In this document: positions 11,847 through 20,682 of the stretch, piece after piece | Layout of the letters: each line of letters starts with the position of its first letter | Position numbering within the stretch: the first letter of the stretch is position 1 | NCBI GenBank assembly: GCA_963666975.2 | Contig: CAXVYR010000002.1 | Span: forward strand, 352,001-416,000 | DNA from: Terriglobia bacterium | GTDB lineage: Bacteria > Acidobacteriota > Terriglobia > 2-12-FULL-54-10 | Length of the DNA stretch: 64,000 bases | Direction of reading: 5' to 3' | Translations under genes and position numbers: made by a program | Notes under the pieces: generated by a model | Databases searched by the model: none | Told to the model about the DNA's origin: nothing | What the model saw: the letters and a program-made list of their open reading frames with translations, nothing else

Positions 11847-12035
11847 TTCAGAAACTTCTATTCCTGCCAACTAGGAAGCTCCAATCAATTCGCTCTCGGA
11901 GCGGTACTTCTTCCAGGCGAACCAGAGGGCGGCTTTGCTTCCCCAACCTTGCGGGACAGTGTAAATTCTGGTAGAAAGGCACTTCAACTTCAATCACCAA
12001 ATCTCCTTCTAGTTTCCATCGAGAAAGAAGCGGCA

Positions 12036-13568
12036 ATGAGCTGGAAAGACCTGGCGGAAATGGCCCCGAAGCTGTCCGAGGCGGAGTTTCGCTTCGAGAA
12101 GAAGCGCCGGTTCATTGGACTGGTTCTGGGTCCGCTGCTGTTTGCTATTGCTCTTCTTGCACCCCCGTTAGAACACGTGACTCCCTTGGGCATGCGCACC
12201 GTGGGCATCTTCTTGTGGACCGTTACGTGGTGGATCTCGGAGGCGATTCCCATCCCTGCGACAGCTTTGTTCTCCATGGCCCTGCTGGTTGTCTGCGGAA
12301 TCCTCCCGGCGCAGGAAGCCTTCAATTACTGGGCCAACTGGGTCAATATTTTCCTCATTGGCGCCTTTATCATCGGACACGCCACCAGCATCCACGGCCT
12401 GACGCGCCGCCTTGCCTACCGCATGATCGCCTCGCCGCTGATCGCCGGCGACCCGTGGAGATTGCTGGTGTTATTTGGAGTTGGCCCGGCTCTATTCAGC
12501 GCGCTTATCTCCAACGTAGTCTCCACCATGATCTTTCTCTCGATCGCGCTGGGCCTGATGAAAACCCTGCAGTTCCCGCAAGAAGGCCGCTACGGCGAAT
12601 CACTGTGTCTGGCCATCGCTTGGGGAGCGGCCATGGGAGGAATTATCACCCCGGTCGGGTCGCCGCCCAATCTGATTATCCTCGGATTTCTGTCGCCGCT
12701 CGGCTACAGCATTGGGTTTGCCCAGTGGACCGCAGTCTGCCTGCCCGTCGCTGTGGCCGGGTTGGCGGCAATGTTTGTTGTGATTCGGTATATCCTTCGC
12801 CCGCAGACGACGGGCTGGCAAGTGTCACCGGAAACGCTCCGGCAGGAGTTGCAGAAGCTGGGCCCCATGAGCCGGGGAGAAAAAATAGCCGGCGGCGCGC
12901 TTCTCACCGCCGTGTTTCTGTGGGTGCTGCCGGACATGGCGCGTATCGTCTTAGGAAGAGATCACGCCTTCAGCGTCTGGCTCACCGTGCATTTGGGCTG
13001 GCAGGTAAGCGCCATTTTAGTGGCGACCGCGTTGTTTTTGATCCCGGTCGATTGGGAGAAACGAACATTTGCCATGAATTGGCCGGAGGCCGTAAGGGGA
13101 ATCGAATGGGGAACGCTGAGCTTGATTGGAGGCGCGCTGGCTTTAGGCAGCATGCTCGCTCACCGGACACTGGGACTGGGAGAGTTCTTTGCGCAAAACA
13201 TCTCTTCGCTGGCTGCCTCGGGCACTTCCCCGTTCTTCTTCGTGCTGGGGGGAGTCGTCTTTACGATCCTGCTCACCAACTTGGCCTCAAACGTGGCCAT
13301 CAGCAGCATGGTGGGCGCGCTCGCCCTGGCGGTGGCTCCTTCGACCGGACTCAACCCTCTCGCCCTGATGGTCCCCATCGCCTTGGCAAGCTCCATGGCT
13401 TTCTCGCTTCCCATGGCCACGCCTCCGAACGCCATCGTCTTCGCCAGCGGCGAGGTCCGCATCACGAACATGTTCAAGAGCGGAGCGGCTCTATCCCTGA
13501 TTTGCATAGCGATCCTCTCGCTGTTCGGTTTCATTTTAGCCGAATGGATTTTTCCCCAGGGCGGTTAA
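12036..13568 (+). CDS. DASS/SLC13 family sodium:dicarboxylate/sulfate symporter
   Basis: WWISEAIPIPATA, TPVGSPPN, TNLASN and AFSLPMATPPNAIVF motifs; many TM helices. Confidence 0.9.
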   Translation: MSWKDLAEMAPKLSEAEFRFEKKRRFIGLVLGPLLFAIALLAPPLEHVTPLGMRTVGIFLWTVTWWISEAIPIPATALFSMALLVVCGILPAQEAFNYWANWVNIFLIGAFIIGHATSIHGLTRRLAYRMIASPLIAGDPWRLLVLFGVGPALFSALISNVVSTMIFLSIALGLMKTLQFPQEGRYGESLCLAIAWGAAMGGIITPVGSPPNLIILGFLSPLGYSIGFAQWTAVCLPVAVAGLAAMFVVIRYILRPQTTGWQVSPETLRQELQKLGPMSRGEKIAGGALLTAVFLWVLPDMARIVLGRDHAFSVWLTVHLGWQVSAILVATALFLIPVDWEKRTFAMNWPEAVRGIEWGTLSLIGGALALGSMLAHRTLGLGEFFAQNISSLAASGTSPFFFVLGGVVFTILLTNLASNVAISSMVGALALAVAPSTGLNPLALMVPIALASSMAFSLPMATPPNAIVFASGEVRITNMFKSGAALSLICIAILSLFGFILAEWIFPQGG

Positions 13569-13637
13569 ACCGAACCGGTTTCAGGCGCAGGGCTGCCCGA
13601 GTGGCGATGAGTACGGCTTCGCGGCTCCGCGCGCCGG

Positions 13638-13826
13638 CTACAGCGGTTTCACAAAAGGTGTATAGGACTCGACAGTCAAAGAAGCCACCCACTCGCTTAC
13701 GCTCATGGCTCGGCTTTCGATTCCCCTTTCAGGCCGAATCCGAGCCGCGACTGTAAAGGAGCGGGTTTCCGTGGATGTCGCCGCCACTGCGGGCACTGCT
13801 GTACACTATCTGTGAAAAGGCGCTAA
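13638..13826. repeat. REP-containing MITE-like element 2
   Basis: Imperfect terminal IRs (CTACAGCGGTTTCACAAAAGGTGTA / TACACTATCTGTGAAAAGGCGCTAA) enclosing the inverted pair CCACTCGCTTACGCTCATGGCTCGG / CCGAGCCGCGACTGTAAAGGAGCGG. Confidence 0.7.
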
Positions 13827-13844
13827 GCTCTGGTTCAGCTCTGG

Positions 13845-14924
13845 TTAAGCCGAGGCGTTAGCCGCCGCCGGCAGGCGGAACAGGGTTTCAAAATTCTTGT
13901 AGAAGATTTTCTTCTTGTCCGCAGCGCTCAGCGAGGATTTTTCCACCGCATCGGTGCATCCACGGATGGAAAATCTTCCCCCCTCGGCGTCAAACGGCGC
14001 GTCGGTGCCGAACAAGATGTGATCCACCCCAAAGAAATCGCAGGCGCACTCAAGGGAGGCCTTGGTGAAAGTTGACGTGTCCCCGTAGAAACACCGGAAA
14101 TATTCAATGGCGGGTTTTTTCAGCGGAGAGCCGCGTTCTGCCTCGATGAGCGGATCAAACATCCCCATCATGGCGACGATTCGGCCCGAAAAGAAGGAGA
14201 CCATGGCTCCGGTGTGGTGCACGATGATCTTTAAGTTGGGGAAATCTTCCAGGATTCCGCTGAAGACAATCCGCGCCATCGCCGCCGTGCTCTCGTAGGG
14301 CCAGCCGAAAATCTGCCAGATGCAGTATTTGGAGTGATCCTCGGCCAGATAATCGGGATGCTTTTGCGAGCGGGCCGGATGCAGCAGGATGGGCAGGTTG
14401 TAGTCCGACATCATCTGGAAGATGGGACGAAACTCCGGCAGGTCCAGGGGCTTGCCCTGCACGTTGGAAAATAGCTGCACGCCGCAGAGCTTCAGGTCCT
14501 GAATGGACCGCTCCAACTCTCTGGCGGCGGCGTCCGGCTTGTCCATTCCGAGCGAGGCCACGGCCCCGGCAAACCGGCTGGGATATTTCGCAACCAGCCC
14601 GGCCAGATCGTCGTTCAGTATTTTGGCCAGAACATCGCTGTCATTCGGGGCCACCACTTCCACGGGCGGACCGGCCACGCTCAGCACCTGCCGGTAGCCT
14701 TCAAACTCTTCCATCATCTGAAACCGGGCGTCGAGGTCGATCAGCACCTGGTAGTTTTCCATGCGCGACTTTCCGCCCTTCACATACTTGATATGCGAAG
14801 GGCTGTGCTCGACGAAATTACTTTGATCCTGCCGCTCCCACCTGGCTGTTTCGTACCCCTTCGGAAGAACATGACAAAAAACATCTACCCGCGGATTCTT
14901 GCGCTGACCCTTTCCCTGTCCCAT
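13845..14924 (-). CDS. Amidohydrolase_2 family protein (ACMSD/LigW-like decarboxylase or hydratase)
   Basis: DVFCH, PILLHP, FGWPYES, VHHTGA and ILFGTDAPFD motifs. Confidence 0.85.
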   Translation of the reverse strand: MGQGKGQRKNPRVDVFCHVLPKGYETARWERQDQSNFVEHSPSHIKYVKGGKSRMENYQVLIDLDARFQMMEEFEGYRQVLSVAGPPVEVVAPNDSDVLAKILNDDLAGLVAKYPSRFAGAVASLGMDKPDAAARELERSIQDLKLCGVQLFSNVQGKPLDLPEFRPIFQMMSDYNLPILLHPARSQKHPDYLAEDHSKYCIWQIFGWPYESTAAMARIVFSGILEDFPNLKIIVHHTGAMVSFFSGRIVAMMGMFDPLIEAERGSPLKKPAIEYFRCFYGDTSTFTKASLECACDFFGVDHILFGTDAPFDAEGGRFSIRGCTDAVEKSSLSAADKKKIFYKNFETLFRLPAAANASA

Positions 14925-14980
14925 TCGGCCTCCCCTTTGGACTATTCGTTAGACTGTTGGTTGAATTCGTAGATGGACTT

Positions 14981-15167
14981 CTAGCAGGTTGTTGCAAAAC
15001 ACCATTCGCCCGCTCCCTCACCCCTCGACTTCGCTCCCTTCGGCTATGCTCAGGGCAAGCGGGGCAGGCTCTCGCGGCTCGGAATCGGCGTGCTGATTGG
15101 GCCGTGCTTGCCGAGCCGCGCGCGTTAGCAAGCGGACCCATACACCAGTTTTTCAACAACCTCTTAG
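14981..15167. repeat. MITE-like element 3 with nested REP insertions
   Basis: 15-bp TIRs AGGTTGTTGCAAAAC / GTTTTTCAACAACCT (one mismatch) bounded by CTAG and TTAG; internal inverted REP pair; right end overlaps the UbiD stop codon. Confidence 0.75.
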
Positions 15168-16630
15168 GAAGAGAACCCGTACTCCTTCCAGCGGCGGCGG
15201 ACTTTCTCCATTTTTTCCGGCGTAGGATCGGTGCTGGCCGGGAACGGCGCGCCATCCCTGGCATATTCCTCGAGCGGTTTGGTGGCGTCGATGCCGAGCA
15301 GATCCGACTCTCCCCGCCGGGAAGTGACCTGAGACGTATCGAGGGTGATCGACTTGCCTCCGGTCATCATGACCACGTCCCGGCAAGCCTGCACCCGCGT
15401 GGCAATAGCCCACTCGACCAGGAAGGAATTCCACGGGTCGATGTCCTCATCGACCACGGTGACGTGCTTGCAGAACAGGCTCGGGTGGCTCCAGACCTGG
15501 CACATTACGTCGCGGACATGCCCCGGATAGGACTTCCGGATGGAGACGTTCACATGAAAGCCGGCGCATCCGGCCTCGGTGACGCAGACGTCCCGGATTC
15601 CGGCCAACCCGGCGCGCCGCAAATGCTCAAAGACGGCCGCCGAGCGGCCCATGGTCCGCACGGTGGTGCTTTCGCTCGGAGGACGCCCTTCATAGGTGCC
15701 ATGGAATATGGGGTTTTTGCGGTGAGTGACCTTCTTGACCTCAATATAGAAGCTGTTCTTCACCACCCCGCCCATAAATCCGGGGAATTCCCCGAAGGGG
15801 CCTTCTTCCGGCCAGAATTTATCGATGGGCATCTCGCCCTCGATGATGATCTCCGCATGAGCCGGGACCTTCAGGTCGGAAAGCTCCGCCTTCACCAATT
15901 CCATCGGCTTTCCGCTCAGCCCTCCGGCGATGTCATACTCATCCACACCGTAGGGAACCGCCGATACGCTGGTCAGGCTGAGGTAGGGGTCCGGCCCGAT
16001 GACGACGGCGACCGGCATCGGCTTGCCGCGCTCTTTCCATTTGTCCCAGTGCATGCGGATGTGGCGATGAGGAATCAGCAGCACGTAACATCCCATCACA
16101 TCGGCCGTAAAGATTTGATTGCGATAATTGCCGACGTTGGTCCAGCCGGTGTCGGGATCGCAGGTGACGATTCCGTGCAAGGTCCCCAGTTCCGGACCGC
16201 CATCCAGTTCGTGCCATTTCGGCACAGGAAACGGTTCGGCGAAAAGGTCCACCTTGTCCAGGACAACCTCTTTGCAAGGGGCTTCCTCGCGGGGGATCAT
16301 CCTGGGTTTGACTGGATTGCTATAAGCCTGTCGCCACTTGGCCGAGATGGCCTCGATGGTAGGCTCGATACCGAGAGCCAGCGCGTAACGCTCCCTGGTG
16401 GCCAGCGCCCCTACCAGCAAAGGCGTCCGGTAGTTGCCCACCTTTTCAAACTGCAGGGCCGGACCCTGGCGGTCAAAGTTTTCGCGACAGATGGCTCCCA
16501 CTTCCCAATCCTTCTCCACGGGAACCTGTATGTGATGAATCAATTGTTTCTTTTCTAATACGGCAAGGAAGTCTCTCAAGCTGCCGATTGTGGTCTCCAT
16601 CTGGGTTTTCGTTGTGGTGACTGTAGCCAT
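15164..16630 (-). CDS. UbiD-family prFMN-dependent (de)carboxylase
   Basis: DGG, DPDTGWTNVGNYR, VPAHAEIIIEG, EEGPFGEFPG, VVDEDIDP and IDATKP motifs. Confidence 0.92.
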   Translation of the reverse strand: MATVTTTKTQMETTIGSLRDFLAVLEKKQLIHHIQVPVEKDWEVGAICRENFDRQGPALQFEKVGNYRTPLLVGALATRERYALALGIEPTIEAISAKWRQAYSNPVKPRMIPREEAPCKEVVLDKVDLFAEPFPVPKWHELDGGPELGTLHGIVTCDPDTGWTNVGNYRNQIFTADVMGCYVLLIPHRHIRMHWDKWKERGKPMPVAVVIGPDPYLSLTSVSAVPYGVDEYDIAGGLSGKPMELVKAELSDLKVPAHAEIIIEGEMPIDKFWPEEGPFGEFPGFMGGVVKNSFYIEVKKVTHRKNPIFHGTYEGRPPSESTTVRTMGRSAAVFEHLRRAGLAGIRDVCVTEAGCAGFHVNVSIRKSYPGHVRDVMCQVWSHPSLFCKHVTVVDEDIDPWNSFLVEWAIATRVQACRDVVMMTGGKSITLDTSQVTSRRGESDLLGIDATKPLEEYARDGAPFPASTDPTPEKMEKVRRRWKEYGFSS

Positions 16631-16980
16631 GATTTGATTCCTTTTCTTGAGGATCGCGCGAGCGCGTTGGAAGGGCACTCTGCCTCAATTCTTTGTTACT
16701 ATGAAGTGCAGTGCTACGCGAAAGAGGAAGGATAAATCCAAACGCGAATAAAGGCAACCACCATCAGCGAGACCCGAGAACCCACATTTTCGTAGCCAAT
16801 TTAGAACAGGCAAGCATAGAGTGCGATAGCTCCCTGGAGCGAGTATGCCGGGGTATGCTTGATACCAAGGGCCAGTTGGCGTATGATTTTGCGCGAAAAC
16901 GAGGGGAAAGCTGGGGGAGCAGTTAAACTATTCATATATTAACGCTTACCAAGAAACAACGATCAGAAAGCGGGTTCGCG

Positions 16981-18192
16981 ATGAATTCACCGGATGCTGG
17001 CTCAAAAGATTCTGGCGCAGAAAATGAGACACGGAGCGTGCCGCACGGCAGCGAAGTCGTCGAGCAGTTCGCAGAAGAAATCCGGCGATTCGTGCGCGCC
17101 GAGCTGATTCCCGCCGAGGCACAAGTCGAAGAAGAAGACCTCGTTCCGGAGCGGCTGGTAGCGATGATGAAGCAGCTTGGCCTGTTCGGCATGACGATCC
17201 CGGAGAGCTACGGCGGCCTTGGATTTTGCATGTCCGAAGAAGTTCGCGTAGTGTACGAACTCGGGTACGCCGCGCCGGCGTTCCGCTCCTGTTTCGGCAC
17301 CAACAACGGCATTGGCTCGCTCGGCCTCCTCGCCGACGGGACCGACGAGCAACGTCAGCAATACCTGCCGCGGATCGCGGCCGGCGACCTGATCGCGGCG
17401 TTTTGCCTGACCGAGCCGGACGCCGGATCAGACGTCGCCGCGCTTTCCACCAGCGCCGTGCGCGACGGGGAATCCTACCTCATCAACGGGACCAAGCGCT
17501 TTGCGACCAACGCTCCGCAGGCCGGCCTGTTCACCGTGTTCGCGCGCACCGCGCCGAAGGAAGCCGGCGCCGAGGGGATCTCGGCGTTTCTGGTCGAGCG
17601 CGCCTCGCCGGGACTCACCGTGGGAAAGCCCTATCAGAAAATGGGATTTCGGGGCTCGCATACTGCTGATGTGGTCTTCGAAGATTGCCGCGTGCCGGCC
17701 ACGGCGCTGCTGGGCGGGAAAGAAGGCGTCGGTTTCAAGTCGGCGATGAAGACACTGGATCACGCGCGCCTGCATCTGGCCGCCGTGGCGGCTGGCCTGA
17801 GCAGACGGCTCATCGACGAGGGCGTGCGCTACACCACCGAGCGCCGGCAATTTGGGCGGCCGATCGCGCAATTTCAACTGATCCAGGGCATGCTGGCCGA
17901 TTGCGAGGCGGAGGCGCTGGCAGCGCACGCCATGGTCGAACGGGTAGCACGCGATAAAGACGCTGGACACCGCATTACGAAGGAGTCGGCCTGCTGCAAG
18001 TACTTCGCAACGGAGGCGCTGGGCCGCATCGCGGACCGTGTGCTGCAGATGCACGGAGGCTATGGCTACATCCGGGAATACCCTGTGGAACGCCTCTACC
18101 GCGACGCGAGGTTGTTTCGCCTGTATGAGGGCACCAGCCAGATCCAGCAACTCGTGATCGCCCGTGAAATGATCCGGCAGACGGCACGCTGA
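16981..18192 (+). CDS. Acyl-CoA dehydrogenase
   Basis: FCLTEPDAGSD, INGTKRFATN, KMGFRG, RRQFGRPI, QMHGGYGY and LYEGTSQIQ motifs. Confidence 0.95.
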   Translation: MNSPDAGSKDSGAENETRSVPHGSEVVEQFAEEIRRFVRAELIPAEAQVEEEDLVPERLVAMMKQLGLFGMTIPESYGGLGFCMSEEVRVVYELGYAAPAFRSCFGTNNGIGSLGLLADGTDEQRQQYLPRIAAGDLIAAFCLTEPDAGSDVAALSTSAVRDGESYLINGTKRFATNAPQAGLFTVFARTAPKEAGAEGISAFLVERASPGLTVGKPYQKMGFRGSHTADVVFEDCRVPATALLGGKEGVGFKSAMKTLDHARLHLAAVAAGLSRRLIDEGVRYTTERRQFGRPIAQFQLIQGMLADCEAEALAAHAMVERVARDKDAGHRITKESACCKYFATEALGRIADRVLQMHGGYGYIREYPVERLYRDARLFRLYEGTSQIQQLVIAREMIRQTAR

Positions 18193-18424
18193 GCTGCGTA
18201 TTGTGCGGTCACGATTTCCACGTTGGCAACCGATTTGTTGGCAGGCAACGGCAGCGCTTCAATCTTACCGACCTTCTTACCGACCCTGCTGACAAACTGA
18301 CGCGGCTCAGGCTTTTCTTAGTGAGCAGCAACCGGTTGTGATACAAATAGTTGAACGGCCATCCACTCGTCATCACGAACCGCTGTTCGCCTCGGTCGAA
18401 ACCGGGAGATTCCCGGTGAATTCG

Positions 18425-18453
18425 TTGACACACCTTACGTTATAGAGTTTAAT
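18425..18453 (+). promoter_or_regulatory. Sigma70-type promoter for the ppcA-like/ppcC-like genes
   Basis: TTGACA-17 nt-TTTAAT, ending about 37 nt upstream of ATG 18491. Confidence 0.6.
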
Positions 18454-18490
18454 GAAGTGTTTTGCCGCAATAATACGGGGGGATAAACTT

Positions 18491-19963
18491 ATGAATCACA
18501 CCGCGGTGGAAGAAAAGATTCCCGTTGAAAAACAGGCTGGGGAAGTTGCCAAGGACCAGCGGAGCTTCATCGAGACGCTACGGCGCACCGGGGACGTTGT
18601 GACCGTGGACCGCGAGGTTCACTGGGATTTGGAGCTGGGGGCCATCAGCCGGCGCGCGACCGAGATGGACGGACCGGCGATCGTGTTCAAAAACATCACG
18701 GATTATCCGGGCCAGAGCATCTTTGTGAACCCCATTTCGACTTGGCGCCGGGCGGCCGTGACGCTGGGATTGCCGGCGCACGCCAAGATATCCGAAATTT
18801 ATGCGGAATACATCCGCAAGGATACCAACGCCATCCCGCCGGTTGAGGTGAAAGACGCCGTTTGCCGGGACGTGATCGTTCGCGGCAAGGACGTCGACGT
18901 GACCAACCTCGCCACTCCCATGATCCACGCCGGAGACGGGGGCCGCTATCTCGGCACATGGTGCATCGTGGTCAGCAAAGACCCCGACACCGGCTGGATG
19001 AACTGGGGCACCTACCGGTTCATGATCCATAACACCCAGTACCTGTCCGGCTGGCCCTTCCCGCCGAGCCATTGCGGAACGATTCTGCAACAGAAATACG
19101 TTCCGCAAAACAAGCCGATGCCGCTTGCCATCATCATGGGGGCGGACCAGTCCAGCCACTTGGCGGCGACCTCAACCACCCGCATCGGTCGCGATGAAGC
19201 TTCGCTCGCCGGAGGATTGGCAGGCCGGCCGATTGAAATCGCCCGCTGCCTCGACAGCGATCTGACCTTCCCGGCGTGCGCCGAGGTCGTGCTGGAAGGA
19301 GAAATTCTTCCCGACCAGATCGCGCACGAAGGCCCCTATGGAGAGTACCCTGGTTACCGCTCGGGTGAAATGGGCGCAGGCATTCTGATGAAGGTAAACA
19401 CCATCGCTCATCGCAAGAACCCCACCCTGTCAATGGATTGCACCGGATTCAAAGATTGCAGCTCGATTGTGGCCGCGCTGGGCGGCGGCGTCGGGATCCA
19501 GCGAACCCTGGAGCGGGCTGGCGTCCCGGTCACGGGCGTTTACGTGCCGTCAGAGGGCGCGGTTCACCTTTGCGTCGTCGGCGTCAGCAAGGGAGGCCGG
19601 GAAGTCACAGAGAAAGTCCTGCACGCTTTGACTGGCCGTCGCACCTATATGACCAAGATTCTCGTCTGCGACGACGACATCGACATCTTCAATCTGAATG
19701 AAGTGATCCATGCGTGGGCCACGCGGTGCCACTCGGAACGCGGCATCATCATTAAGCATGTCGAGGGAAGCGCCCAGGCGCTGACGCCCGCCTACAGCCA
19801 GGAGGAGCGGGCACGGCGCGCCGGAGCCAGCGCCGCGTTTGATGTGACCTTCCCGCCCGAGTGGGATCGCTTGGAGACCCCTGTCCGGGCGACTTTCGAC
19901 AAGATGTTCCCGGAGGAAGTCCAAAAGAAAGTGCTCGACAACTGGAAATCATACGGGTTGTAG
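18491..19963 (+). CDS. UbiD-family protein resembling phenylphosphate carboxylase alpha subunit
   Basis: VHWDLELGAISRR, IHAGDGGRYLGTW, NWGTYRFM, HEGPYGEYPGYR and WATRCH motifs; immediately followed by a gamma-subunit-like gene. Confidence 0.8.
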   Translation: MNHTAVEEKIPVEKQAGEVAKDQRSFIETLRRTGDVVTVDREVHWDLELGAISRRATEMDGPAIVFKNITDYPGQSIFVNPISTWRRAAVTLGLPAHAKISEIYAEYIRKDTNAIPPVEVKDAVCRDVIVRGKDVDVTNLATPMIHAGDGGRYLGTWCIVVSKDPDTGWMNWGTYRFMIHNTQYLSGWPFPPSHCGTILQQKYVPQNKPMPLAIIMGADQSSHLAATSTTRIGRDEASLAGGLAGRPIEIARCLDSDLTFPACAEVVLEGEILPDQIAHEGPYGEYPGYRSGEMGAGILMKVNTIAHRKNPTLSMDCTGFKDCSSIVAALGGGVGIQRTLERAGVPVTGVYVPSEGAVHLCVVGVSKGGREVTEKVLHALTGRRTYMTKILVCDDDIDIFNLNEVIHAWATRCHSERGIIIKHVEGSAQALTPAYSQEERARRAGASAAFDVTFPPEWDRLETPVRATFDKMFPEEVQKKVLDNWKSYGL

Positions 19964-19976
19964 GAGGGAAGCTCAG

Positions 19977-20267
19977 GTGGAATACCAAACCCATGCAAGA
20001 CATATGAACGACATCCAAGAGAACAAGACCCTGGCGCTGACGATCCGCGACCTCAGTCCCGGCAAGCACAAGTACACCGCCCGCGTGGCCCGCGTGCAAC
20101 TGTCGCGCAGCCTCGAAGCCTTGGCGAAGTGGGACAAGCTTTGGGTCCACTCCGTCGTGGGCATCAAGGACCCTCAGCCGTGGGGCATGAAGATCGTGGA
20201 AGAGCTGGGAATCACCGTCCCCGGCAAGCCCTACAGCGACATCTACGAAGTTCTGGCGAAGATGTAG
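19977..20267 (+). CDS. Phenylphosphate carboxylase gamma-subunit-like small protein
   Basis: LTIRDLSPGKHKYTARVARVQLS...DKLWV...PWGMKIVE resembles PpcC (recalled as LSVRTLNPGLKKYTYQRVRAEVS); GGAGG RBS. Confidence 0.75.
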   Translation: MEYQTHARHMNDIQENKTLALTIRDLSPGKHKYTARVARVQLSRSLEALAKWDKLWVHSVVGIKDPQPWGMKIVEELGITVPGKPYSDIYEVLAKM

Positions 20268-20682
20268 AATCGGGGGACGTCCGGATAGACGCCGCGATTG
20301 AAGCACGCGAGCGAGTCTTCCGGGCCGGTCGTGTTCCCAGTGCGGCTCCTCCGCTCCCAGATTGAAAATTCACAGCGGATTGATCCGTTTCAATGGAAAC
20401 GGCCTGCGGGAGGTCGGCCAACTTCCGCATCCCGGAAGACTTGTTCCCCTCGCCACAAACTAGCTTTTCGAAGCCGGATTTGACAAAAACCCGCCCTTTG
20501 GCAGTTCCCAGGGCGATACCAGGCCGGCACGCATTCATACAAGCTCCGGAACGACGCTACAACCGAAGCCTTCCTTGGACACCCAGCCCGACGCGGATCA
20601 CATCGCGGAGCTTTCGTCGAAGGCAGTTGGAGACCCTGTTGCTGGCAACTCGGAGTGTGATCCTAATCATGTCAGGAGAGGA

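Noticed and set aside
12215-16558. Long alternative-frame ORFs (513 and 533 aa)
   Set aside because: GC-rich shadow frames overlapping the transporter and UbiD genes.
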